A stretch of 64,000 bases of DNA, taken from Octopus sinensis. Its lineage: Eukaryota. This document shows positions 14,600 through 26,635 of the stretch, piece after piece (position 1 is the first letter of the stretch; every line of letters begins with the position of its first letter). Below the pieces are notes generated by a model. It made no database searches, was not told the DNA's origin, and was given only the letters and a program-made list of their open reading frames with translations. The stretch covers positions 39,308,001 through 39,372,000 of the forward strand of contig NC_042999.1 in assembly GCF_006345805.1 (NCBI RefSeq). The letters run 5' to 3'. Both the position numbers and the translations under genes were made by a program.

Positions 14600-15200
14600 C
14601 CTCTAACTAGCTTCCAATAATTATACAACCAGAAAATGATAACGAGAAAGATTTGGGTCTCCAAAACTTGGTTACCAACCATACATGAATAAACTCTCGA
14701 CAACAGCGGTTTAAAAGAAAAATGGTGCAATATAAAAAACAGCAAACCTCATGCAATTACTTCAATACCTGAGTATAGAAAAAAGAAAATCAACTGCTTT
14801 AACCAGCCCGCTTCAAAATACAATTCTCCACAACAGTGACTAAATTATATTTCACAAATACTAAAACAAGTACTACAAACAGAAACAAACACATTAGCAT
14901 ACTTCATCAACAACAACTTTAAAAACACTGGCCAATTACAAACAAAAATATTGTCTAAAAGAGAAGCCTAAAACACACAAATAATAACAAAGATAAAAAA
15001 AGGTCTCCCCGAAAATAATCGTATGTAGCGCAACGTTGTCAACCATAATGACACAAAGTACTATATCTACACATACAGGATCTACAGCAAATTAGTTCAA
15101 GGCGTGATAGAACGAACACACGCATAGATTTCGCACGCCAACCATACACCAAATATACGCCAAACATATATTTGATTATCTCTTAATTTCTCTTTCTGTA
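14600..15200 (+). mobile_element. Degenerate Penelope-like fragment (GIY-YIG region)
   Basis: RKKKINCFNQPASK resembles RKIIWFNPPFSK; TY.GSTAN*FKA**NEHTHRF resembles YIGST..FK.RY..H..SF. Confidence 0.6.
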
Positions 15201-16244
15201 TGATGTGATTTTTTTATTGCAGATTCCTTGACTGAGAGTTTCCTTTCCATTTCAGATTACATTTAAGAGATGCATCAATATTGATGCTTTACGTTTTCCT
15301 TAGGTTTCAGCAAAGTAGGACATTGTTCGAAAGAAAGCAAAACCAGCTTTTGATGTGTCCATAAATTTAAGCAAAATGTTTTAAATGTAATATGGAACCT
15401 ACGCAACTGCTCAAGTTATCTTGTCCACCATTTATCACGGCGCAAATGTTAGCGAATGAAATTGTCCCTAGTCTTTGATTTGAATAATTCCTACATCGCA
15501 TGGTTCGGTAAAGTGTGAGAAACATTGAAGTATAGAAGGTATTTTGTATGTTTACTTAGAGTTTATTTAAATTTGTTATATTAATTCGTTTAACAATATA
15601 CAGGAAAAGAGATCATATAAATATTCGGATATTCTTTACAATTAGACGAGGCATTTCTGAAATATTGAATGATGAATTATCTAACTTTTTGCAACAAAAC
15701 ACCGTAATTGATGTAGGTATATAATAACGAGTAACTATTTCAGCTGTGATTGGTTGTCCGCTGACCTTTGTTTCGGATATTTGCATTAATCCTTTCATTA
15801 AGAATTGTGTGAAAATATTTTCTGTTCTACAAATAGTTCAGCTGTGTTTTCCAAAATTCCTGTTTTCCAAAATTCCTACTCTAGAAAAATATATATAGTT
15901 GATAACCGGAAGTGGTACAGTAACTTAGCATAATATACGCCGAAATGCGAGTAATTTGGTTCAAACAAAATTCACTTTCCCCAAAAGTTTTTGACTTAAT
16001 ATTTATATGATCATTCCAGTATATACTGTTCATCAAAACATATATTACTGATTTAATTTTTGGAATCTCACACTTTAAATATACTATATATTATTTTCAA
16101 ACTTTAAAAAAGGCCAGGAATATCGGAGATAGGAATTTGAATAGCAGAATTTGAACTCTGAGTGTAAAGTCGGTTGAAGCTCTACCGGCGTGCTAACAAT
16201 TGTGCAATCTCGCTGTCTTTTATTGTATATTTGATATGAGCTTC

Positions 16245-16442
16245 AAATTTTCACACATGGTCAGCAATTCCAGGCAGGGGGCGGGTCATTTCAATCAACC
16301 CCAGTGTTTAACTAGTAGTTATTTCATCGGCTCCGATAGGATTAAAGACAAAGTCGACCTCGGCGGAATCTGATGGGATAATGTAAAGACATTATTACTT
16401 AGAATTTTTTCCGGTGCAGTAACGATTTTCCAATTTGCCGTC
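16245..16442 (-). mobile_element. Degenerate SINE family A
   Basis: GATAGGATTAAAGACAAAGTCGACCTCGGCGGAAT central domain; a second head fragment lies at about 16140-16216. Confidence 0.6.
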
Positions 16443-17908
16443 TTATGCCCTATATTTGATATTACAGATAGAAAGTGACTGATATTCGAAATGTATGAAA
16501 AATATAATGAAAAATATTTGGTGTGATATCAAATATACAATCATATTTGATATACATTAGATCTATTTCAAACCACATAATTTATTATTCATATGAAATG
16601 AAATGCGAGACAAAAAGTCTAATATCTGTTCCAGTTGTACTTAGCAGTATAATTTATTTGTGTAAAATATATAAAAACAAATTTATAAGATCTTACAAAA
16701 CATGGGTGAAGGAAGTCATGCTTAAAGTAGTGGTTCTTTGAATTTAATCATATAACAACGCTCTCCCTATTGCAAACATTCATTCCGTAGCGTAAATATC
16801 ATCTAGGTTTTGGTGTAAATCTGACAGCAAGGAAGTTTGATTAGAACATCAGGAAAACAGTGTATTAATCAGCGAAGTTATAACACGTGCTACGTACTAC
16901 AAACTTATGACTTCATTATCGTAGACAAAAGACTGTTGAAAGTAGATCAATTTCTCTGCCTAGTCAGCATCAGCAGGGATATCATAAAAAACTCATTGAA
17001 AAACTACATCGTACTAATTAAGGCAAAGGGAGGAAAAGGTGTCCTGGGCAAAACTATTATCTATCTTAATGCTTAAGTACGACGTATGGACGAAATATAG
17101 AAAAACATTTAAAAACTTTTTTGTCTCTATACATTGAAATATGACATAGACACCATGAATATTACTAAGATTAATGTCAAGAAATCTGGATAATATCAAA
17201 ATAGAAAACACACAAGAATAGATGGAATACTGCTTGTTCGATAGCTCCAAATGTGTGCATATGCATGTATACATACACCACACAATCATACATACAGACA
17301 ATCTCTCTCACAGGCTTATAGTAGAAAATATATTCTTCTACACAAGAAATTCCAAGCTGAAACACAGAGACAAATACAGTTATATTGATATAGAGGATGG
17401 AGGTGGGGGGAGGGCGGCGAAAGGGTGTTGCTGAACGTTAGTTTTTATAAACGGATAAAATTACATAATCAATACAATTGTATTTGAATATTATGTTTTA
17501 TACGATGATTAGAGAGTTAAATGTGTTACTCGATATACAGAAAGGCTAGAGAATTACTGTGGAAAAGTCTTTCATCAAAGTTTGTTAAGTGTAAGGCTGA
17601 AGTGCGGTTAAGCAATAATAGCGCAAATAAATTATATTTGAAAAAAAAAAAGAATTTATAGACATTCTACTCATGCGTGTTATTAATTAGACCAATTATT
17701 AAAAAGGTAATTAACATTTAAACATATATTGAGGTTTAATGTCGAAGTGAATGTACCATGAAGTAGCTGAAGATCGTATTTCCCACGTAAGAAATTAATG
17801 TGTGTGTATATGTGTGCGAGAGGGAGGAGATTTCTGCATTTAAGTTTGTAGGTGATCGTATATAAAGTTAGATACTACAATGGATATGTGTGTGCATTTG
17901 TATGTGTG

Positions 17909-17987
<79 letters not shown>

Positions 17988-20229
17988 TGAGTGATGTGCA
18001 CGTACATAGGTAGTGAGATATTACCAGATTCCTAAAATATTAACGAAATAAATACATAAATTTTAGGAACGTGACTATAATATATGCGTAACGTGTTTCA
18101 ATCGTGTATTCAGTATTTGTGCTTATGTGTTCCTCGGCTGTTATTCACATTTGCATGCAATACAATATATTATATGGTATTTTATTATATCCTATATATA
18201 TATAATATATTATATATAATATATAATATTATATATATATATATATATATAGGATATTATAAACACATATTTTGACACGGTTATGCATAGGAGGCACACA
18301 TGTACACAATCATACGCCCATAGCACACTCACATTCACACATACATATATGTGTATGTATATGCAGCTACATACAGAAAGAGATGGAATAATCAAGACGA
18401 TACACTTTTACGTGCGGAAGACATACGGGGAGGTTGGTAGATGGTTGTGTGTATTGAATGTAGTCTTGGGTTCATTTAAATTGTTGTATGATTGTTAAAT
18501 CAAATCGATAGCATATATTGAATTGGTCAATTTATTATCGAATATTACATTATTTCATTAACAATTTGAACTATCCTTTGGGTTTACAAGTAATTAATGT
18601 TCTTGCTTGATTTCCTGTACATTAAAGTCACGAAGAATCTATATTCAATTCATTTGATTTTATTACTACAATTATTGAATTGTATTTGAAATCACAGTGG
18701 TTGTGGTTATCATTATACACGTAGAAAGATAATCACATATTTTCAAAAGTGTCCTACTATGTTATAAATGTTTCATGAATAGGTGTATCCAAGTTTTCCA
18801 ATCGTGTTTCGTAAGGTGATAATAACGTCTACCGGTCATATTTCGTGAGATAATGAAGTAAATTTGACATACACATTGATTTAGTTATTTGAAATCTGAA
18901 ATGATAAACTTTAATCAAGCATGCATTTCTTAAATTTTGACTTAATTCCCTTATATTTTACATATTTGCAACTCGTTCTTGTATCAAAATAATACAATGC
19001 TATCTATATCGAATGTAAAGGCCATTTTCAAAAACTGATTACAAGTAAAATATCAGTAACTTTCTATTTTGTGTTTACACGTGAAACAATCAGCGTGGTA
19101 TTTACAAAATCTGGTATTTATCATATATTTGATTGCTAGGATCAAATATATAGAGGGGAGATACAGAAAGGCAAAATTGACTTCAATGATATTATAAAAG
19201 GCATTGATATAAATAAACGAAACATGGATTGAAATGTTCTAACGATTGCAAATTTTAAGACCATATCATTAAGTTAACTCATAGACACATCTGTATAAGT
19301 GGAAATATGAAAATTGGACAATATATTGCACATATGGTTTTATTGTGTTATCGATGGTATAGTTATAGCTACACCTGTGGTTTGAGCTGAAATGCAACAA
19401 TGTAAAGTAAGAACTCTACATTTCGATTTCATATTTTCTCAATATGATGGCTGCATTACTGTAAAACACCAAATGGAATATGAGAATTAGAAGCCTTCTG
19501 GGAGTTAAAATGTATAACGAGGCTTTTGAGGAATTTATCAAGAAAGAAATAAACAATAAACAACAGCTATGTAATTTTAATGTGGTTGAATTTCTTTCAC
19601 TAGGAAAACCATCTACAATATCCTATGAATTACTTTCAATGATAATTTAGAGCAATTGAATGATATGTAGCAGGTCAAGTTATCAATTCTGTTTCAACCC
19701 TCGATAAATAATGCTCAGGAAACAGAGCAACGCACTAATATTTGGAATGCCTTAATGTTATCCATTCACAAGATTTCATGCAAACTTAATGATTCGTGGG
19801 GAAAAAATGAAAATGCTTTTTGCATGTGTATTTCGGAAGTTAAACATTTTTGCATTTTTTGGTAATTGTGCACTAGCTTTAAAATGCTCGTTTTGCTTAT
19901 ATATTTACAATTGAAATACCGTATTGAGCTAGTGGGTGTTGGGTAAAGCTGCTGCTAAGTTAGGTGGGACGGGCAAGACGCGAATCTTGGGCTAAGTACA
20001 GCTAGACAGTCGTCACCACTTGAAAGTAGGTGAACCGCATATTATTTTCCCTCGTACAACAGTTCTTTTTCCTGTCTTTCCAGTTTCACTCATCTAGTAA
20101 AATTTCTTATTCTCTTTTACTTCTTTACATTTTCTTAAAAAGCTTTTCTATTATTGTAGGCCTTGACAATGGCAGACGCAGGACAGGAGAAGAAATGCCG
20201 GTAATATAATGTCGAATAATTTGAAATAA

Positions 20230-21905
20230 GATTTTATTCCATCATCCCACTGCGAGCAATTGACGTTTCGCCTGATATGTGAGAAGACATTCTCAAATGA
20301 AGCCATGAAGCCAACGAGACTGAGAAAACATTTCAAGAAATTGTATTCCAATAAAGCCGATCAAAATTTAGCTATTTCAAAGACTTGTGCAACAAACATG
20401 GCATGAACAAAACATTACATGGCATGTTTGCCGCTGCGGCACCTAACAATGACGATGGTCTACACGATTCTAAAATATTGATCTTAATTCCAAGGCAAGC
20501 AAATCCATAAAATTACGGTAACTTTATTTGCTCCAGTCATTCGTGAAATTATGATAACTGTTTTGAAGAATAATCTAGGACCGGTTTTGAAATCTATCTC
20601 TTTTTGAGCAAAAATACCGTACAGATGCTCATTGACGAAATGACCGGTGATGCTGAAGAAAATGTTTGCAACATTTTGCGAAACACGGAGTTTAGCAAGC
20701 AACTAGACGATTCAATTTTGCCCCACAATGAATCTCTCCTCTTGGCATGGATATGAATCATTCATGGTCGGATACTATTTCAAGAAATGCTGTTTTCCCA
20801 CACTATGGGAACTGATACTAAACGACACTCTGTGTTTCGCACTGTGGAGGAATCTTTGAACCAGAAAAGAATACCAATGAAAAACGTTCTTGCATGTGCA
20901 ACAGACGATGCTGCATCTATCGTTGTGAAATACCGAGGTTTCATCGTATTTATCAAGCAGCAAACCCAAAAGTTATGGTCATTCACTGTATCATCCATCG
21001 ACAACATTTTGTCACCACACACATCACTCAACATCTAACCTCTTCTCTGACCACTGTGATTGAAGCTGTGAACAAAATCAAAGCTCAGCCGTTAAACTCT
21101 GGACTTTTAAAGAATTTGAGTGGCTCCTACTGCGAACACAGGCACGATGTCTTTCTAAAGGAAACTGCCCTTTTTGCCTTTTCTCGTTATTTACTGTGTC
21201 GTTAATGTTTTACAGTCATAGGATTCGTTGCTAAAAGAGCGACTCACAGCCTTCAAACTGCATTTTGTTTACTTAGCTGACATTCTTGCGAAGTTAAACA
21301 ACCTAAACCTCCTACTGCAAGATGATGAAACTTCATCAAATCCAAGTTTGCCATCTCTGGTTTCATCGCGAAACTGCCATTTTAACAGCGAAATATTGGA
21401 AGCAAATACCGCTGTCAATTACCACGCATTAAGCAACTGAGAGAATGCCCATCTGATGATGCACTTCTCCGTTTCACAGAGCATCTCAAGAGCGCTGAAG
21501 CTGACCTGAAACTGCGTTTTCAGGATTTGTCAGATCGGGAAATACCTCCTTGGATCTTGGTCCCTTTTCAGATAACATATATCGACATGGACAAGTCTGT
21601 TGAGAGGGAACTGATTGAGTGAGTTTATTTTTTAAAACCATACGCTTTCCAAGAAATTTGTGGCTGGAGTACAATATTCTAGAAAACTCCCATGCATTGT
21701 GGAAAAAGGCAAATTTGTTTTTTATTGCCTTCCCAAACTCGTATTTACTTCAAAGAGGTTTCACTGTGGTGTCCCAGATTCTCAACAAGTTGAGAAATCG
21801 TCTGGATATTGAGCAGTGAAGAGACTTGTAACTTAACCTTACCGCGATGAAGCCCAATATTGAAGAACTGTTGACAAAGCACCAACTCCATCCTTCACAT
21901 TAACT
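20230..21905 (+). pseudogene. hAT (Charlie/Buster-like) transposase relic
   Basis: LICEKTFSNEAMKPTRLRKH zinc finger, QLDDS, ACATDDAAS, VIHCIIHRQ and C-terminal KHQLHPSH*, with many stops and frameshifts. A possible terminal motif AAGTTTGGGGGACCAATG lies at about 22105-22122. Confidence 0.85.
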
Positions 21906-23074
21906 TCACGTATGTTCATACTTATTTTTTAAAATGCTATTCATAACTACCTTTCTATTAACTTTATTAAGATTAGATGACGGAAAACGTCAATTTTACT
22001 TCAGTTACTTCATATCACAATAAACATGGTGTCGATTACTTTTTTAGGATAGGGTGGGGGGGATGATTGGGCAAAGTGTTGAAAAAGGGATTACAGTTTG
22101 GACAAGTTTGGGGGACCAATGGTATGAATGTTCCGTTGTATAAAGTAATACAAATTGATATTGTGAACAATTGACTGCTATTCTTAGCAACGGGGGCGGG
22201 GACAGATATTAACGTTACCTCTTCCGTACCTTATAAACTCCGTCGACACTTTAAACATTTAAGAGAAATCTTGCCACTCATACACTTTGGAAAATGTGAC
22301 ACTTTAAGTTTTAAAAGAATACGTATACTAAGTCTATTTTCTATCATATTCAGTAAAAAATGAAGCTTGATATGACTGTTGAATATGCAAAAATAATTTA
22401 TACATATTTTTTGGTTAATATTACTTCCATTATGAAAGCGTGTTTGCTTATACATACACTAAAACAACCTATGACGCATTTAGCCTGACAAAAATACAAA
22501 TATGTATTCCAGGACGGACAGATAACACTCCATTATGATTTAAGCGTCTCAATGTGAAGTTTCATTTGATTAAAAACGTTTGTTTGAAAATATAATTTTA
22601 TTCCTTTGAAGTACTGAAAAATATTACAAAAATGTATTTGCTGGTAACTCGAAAACAAAATTACATTGCAAAATTTCATTATTAGAATAAAATTTTTATA
22701 ATATTCCATTGTAAATATGAAAGCATTTAGACAGAAAATATGTGCAAGGAAAATCTAGTAAAGAAAATACAGACGTTTATCAGGAATGTGCGACATTATT
22801 GTGAATAAGTGAGAAAACATATTAAGTGATTGATGGCAAAATAAAAAAAGAATAAAAACTGTAAGGTGAATTCATAACACTGTTGTAAATGGGATTGTAG
22901 TGTTATATGTTTTCGAGGGCGAGCTGAATCAATAAACATTCCGAGGCAGGAGGGGGCATTACATATGGGGATGTACAGGCAAGGAAATAATTATGAAATC
23001 TTTGAATGTGCTCCCTTATATATTACCCTATCTATTAGAGTGATAAAATAATAATAAAAAAGAACAAAAAAATT

Positions 23075-23447
23075 AACAAACTGAAATAACAGTCCACATA
23101 TATTCGACGGCTATCGCTCTGCAGCAATCAAACAAATTCAACCTCCAACAATACATGAAGACAGTCATCAATAACCAAAGAAGAGCTGAGGAGAAATGGG
23201 CTGTTGAGAAAATCAAACTCAACTCCAGAGTGCACTTCTTTTGGGGGAAAAAACACCAGGTCACTCTCTCCACTGTTGGTCCTCTAATTGATGAAAATGG
23301 CACTCTCCAAGTTGATATCAAAACCATTAGTGAGATACTGCAGAAACAGTAGGGTTCTGTTTTTATCAATCCTGTTATGGCCGATCAGTACTGTATCAAT
23401 GATATTAATCCTCAACACAGTATATCGGACATAATCTTTGGCGCCCT
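23075..23447 (+). mobile_element. CR1-type LINE internal fragment
   Basis: EEKWAVEKIKLN...VGPLIDENGTL..D...ISEILQKQ*GSVF is typical of the CR1 EN-RT linker. Confidence 0.65.
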
Positions 23448-23577
23448 GATGTATGTACGTATGTATGTATGTATGTATGTATGTATGTATGTATGTATGT
23501 ATGTATGTATGTATGTATGTATGTATGTATGTATGTATATATATATATAATATATATATATAATATATATATATTAT

Positions 23578-23623
<46 letters not shown>

Positions 23624-23968
23624 TCGCCATACTAATATGGCATTCTTATAAAAATAAGAATAAAGCTGTCCGCTTATTAGCTTGTTCGAAGGTTATATGG
23701 ATACAGTTTGTGTATCAAATAGCTAACTTAAGGCGATGGCCTCATGGAGCTAATAAGCGGACAGCTTTATTCTTATTTTTATAAGAATGCCATATTAGTA
23801 TGGCGATAACTATTAATTTCCAGGAACGCTGCCGTTTTCTCTTTTAGAGAGACTTAAGTAATTTTAATATTTCTATTATTGAAAACAAGTGGATGTATTC
23901 CACCGAAACTAGGTAAATAAAACATTCGAACAGAGATAGTCGGAAGCGACACCTACTGGTCTGACTAC

Positions 23969-24010
23969 GCTACATTGACAAGGGGCAATAACCCGAAACG
24001 CGTCTGTAGC
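23969..24010 (+). ncRNA. Type I hammerhead ribozyme (U3-A8 core variant), copy 1
   Basis: GCTACA-TTGACAA-GGG(GCAATAA)CCC-GAAA-CGCGTC|TGTAGC: 6-bp stem I, stem II, palindromic ACGCGT stem III, GUC site ending at 24004. Confidence 0.8.
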
Positions 24011-24328
24011 TGTCGGTCAAGTAGTGTGGAGCGACTGACCTCCCTTGCTCGAAGGTTATATGGATACAGTTTGTGTATCAATAGCTAACTTAAGGCGATG
24101 GCCTCATGGAGCTAATAAGCGGACAGCTTATTCTTATTTTTATAAGAATGCCATATTAGTATGGCGATAACTATTAATTTCCAGGAACGCTGCCGTATTC
24201 TCTTTTAGAGAGACTTAGTAATTTTAATATTTCTATTATTGAAAACAAGTGGATGTATTCCACCGAAACTAGGTAAATAAAACATTCGAACAGAGATAGT
24301 CGGAAGCGACACCTACTGGTCTGACTAC

Positions 24329-24370
24329 GCTACATTGACAAGGGGCAATAACCCGAAACGCGTCTGTAGC
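24329..24370 (+). ncRNA. Type I hammerhead ribozyme, copy 2
   Basis: Identical to copy 1 and exactly 360 nt downstream; predicted cut after 24364. Confidence 0.8.
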
Positions 24371-24595
24371 TGTCGGTCAAGTAGTGTGGAGCGACTGACC
24401 TCCCTTGCTCGAAGGTTATATGGATACAGTTTGTGTATCAAATAGCTAACTTAAGGCGATGGCCTCATGGAGCTAATAAGCGGACAGCTTTATTCTTATT
24501 TTTATAAGAATGCCATATTAGTATGGCGATAACTATTAATTTCCAGGAACGCTGCCGTATTCTCTTTTAGAGAGACTTAGTAATTTTAATATTTC

Positions 24596-24626
<31 letters not shown>

Positions 24627-24829
24627 GTTCGCGGAACACCTTCGTGACATCCACCTTGCGAACGACACACCGGTCTCACGCCATTTCCGCTCCACCGGTC
24701 ACTCCTTGCAACACCTATCTGTGTTCGGTTTGTCCTTACACAGAGGCCATCCGGATTCCCGTTTGCGCCGTGAACAGGAATTAATCTTCTCTCTCTTCGC
24801 TCTTATACGCCATTTGGTCTCAACTCTCC

Positions 24830-25190
24830 CCCCCTCCTCATCTAACCCCCCTCCCCCCCCCCCCTCCTCACCTATCCTTTCTCCCCCCCGACCCCTACTT
24901 CTTCAGTCCTTCATCCTTTCACCCCTACTCCCCTTCCCTTCTTCCCTCTTTCTCCCTCCTCTTCCCCTTCCCTCTGCTCCCTCACTCCCTCTCTCCCCCT
25001 ATCCCTCTTTCCTCCTTCATCCCCCTCCTCCCCTTCCTTCTTCTCCCCCTCCTCTCCTCTTCCCCCTTCTCCTCCCCCTCTTCTTCCCCTCCCCTTCTCC
25101 CCCTCCCCCTCTTCTCCCCCTCTCTCCCCCTCTTCTCCCCCTCTTCTCCCCCTCTTCTCCCCCTCTTCTCCCCTCCCCCTCTTCTCCTCA
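24830..25190. repeat. Polypyrimidine (C/T) low-complexity tract
   Basis: About 360 bp almost entirely C/T, made of CCCCTCTTCT-like units. Confidence 0.9.
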
Positions 25191-25747
25191 CTACACCACA
25201 TGACTTTACACATCACATCACATATGATGTGCCATACTAATACACACACCAACTAATACATACTAATACGTACTAATACATACTAGTACATACTAATACT
25301 TAGACCAACCCTATACATACACACGTCCAGACCCTGCATACGCACTTATACTCTCTCACACACACACACATACCTATACATACCAATACGTACTAATACA
25401 TACTAATACATACTAATACATACACCAACCCCATACATACGCATGTCCAGACCAATCTTACGCACTAATACTCTCTCATACACACACACACACACACACA
25501 CACACCACACACACACACACCCTTATACATACTAATACATACACCAACCCTATACATACACACATCCAGACCCCTCCCACGCACTTTTAGCTGGTCCCTC
25601 AACCCTATTATCAACCCTATTATCTCCCCTTATTTCGCTCTCGCGTCTCATGTTTGATCTTTGACCTCTGGCCGAAATCAGATCGCCATGTTGATTCGTT
25701 AGCTACTGCACGCATTTTTTTTCTCTCCTTCTTTCTCTCTGTGTGTA

Positions 25748-25785
25748 TCTTTCTGTTGAAGAGCGTAGGCTCGAAACGTTAAAGA
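25748..25785 (+). ncRNA. Minimal hammerhead-like motif in the PLE 3' repeat (variant core)
   Basis: TCTTT-CTGTTGA-A-GAGC(GTAG)GCTC-GAAA-CGTT|AAAGA; stems I and II pair, but the core has A6U and an extra A. Confidence 0.5.
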
Positions 25786-25889
25786 CTTGTTTTATTTATA
25801 TTTCCTGAGCGCCATACTAATACAATTGTTCGTTTGTTTTCCACCTGCCTTCGTCTTTTGTTTATTTTCATAAAGCTTCCCGTTATATA

Positions 25890-25928
<39 letters not shown>

Positions 25929-26384
25929 TAGATATGTAGATATATATACATATATACATATATGTATATACAGACACACATATACATGTAGATCATGCGC
26001 ACCCGCATAGGCACGCACACGTGTCCTGGCGATAGGAGAGAAACACTCGTTTATGCGCATACACGAACACAGAGTGACACGGTATTGTCACGAAAACGTA
26101 TTTGTTCAGACACACATATTCTTTATAGAAACATACATGCTTGCGCAATCACAAATATATGCGACTTGTTTTGCGGCTCCAATAGGCATCCACACCTCAA
26201 AACCTCTACTTCACCCACTTTCAGTCAGTTCAGCCTACCTTGAACGCTTAACCTATGCATGCTTCCTGCGAAAAAGAGTAAGATAAAAAAGGTTAAAGAT
26301 ATCTTCCAGTTTTCCTGTGCGCCAGCAACATGGAATCTTTTGTGGTTTCTTCATCCCGTCTCTTTGTTTTTTAATTTTATTATG

Positions 26385-26429
<45 letters not shown>

Positions 26430-26434
26430 CTATT

Positions 26435-26466
<32 letters not shown>

Positions 26467-26565
26467 GTTATTTATTTATATCTATATATAATCGTGCAAA
26501 CCTGATGCAAAAGCGAAATATACATACATGCACATGCATATATATATGTACATATATGTGTATAT

Positions 26566-26635
<70 letters not shown>

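Larger units (their letters stand above)
23617..24600 (+). mobile_element. Hammerhead-bearing 360-nt tandem array (about 2.5 units) with 66-bp inverted 5' arm, in (TA)n
   Basis: Units 23681-24043, 24044-24403 and 24404-24600 are near-identical. 23617-23682 is a perfect reverse complement of 23748-23813. (TA)n on both flanks; no ORF. Confidence 0.9.
24626..25885 (+). mobile_element. 5'-truncated Penelope-like element: GIY-YIG C-terminus plus 3' repeat region
   Basis: FAEHLRDIHLANDTPVSRHFRSTGHSLQHLSVFGL...REQELIFSL then frameshift to TPFGLNSP; (TA)n on both sides. Confidence 0.8.
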
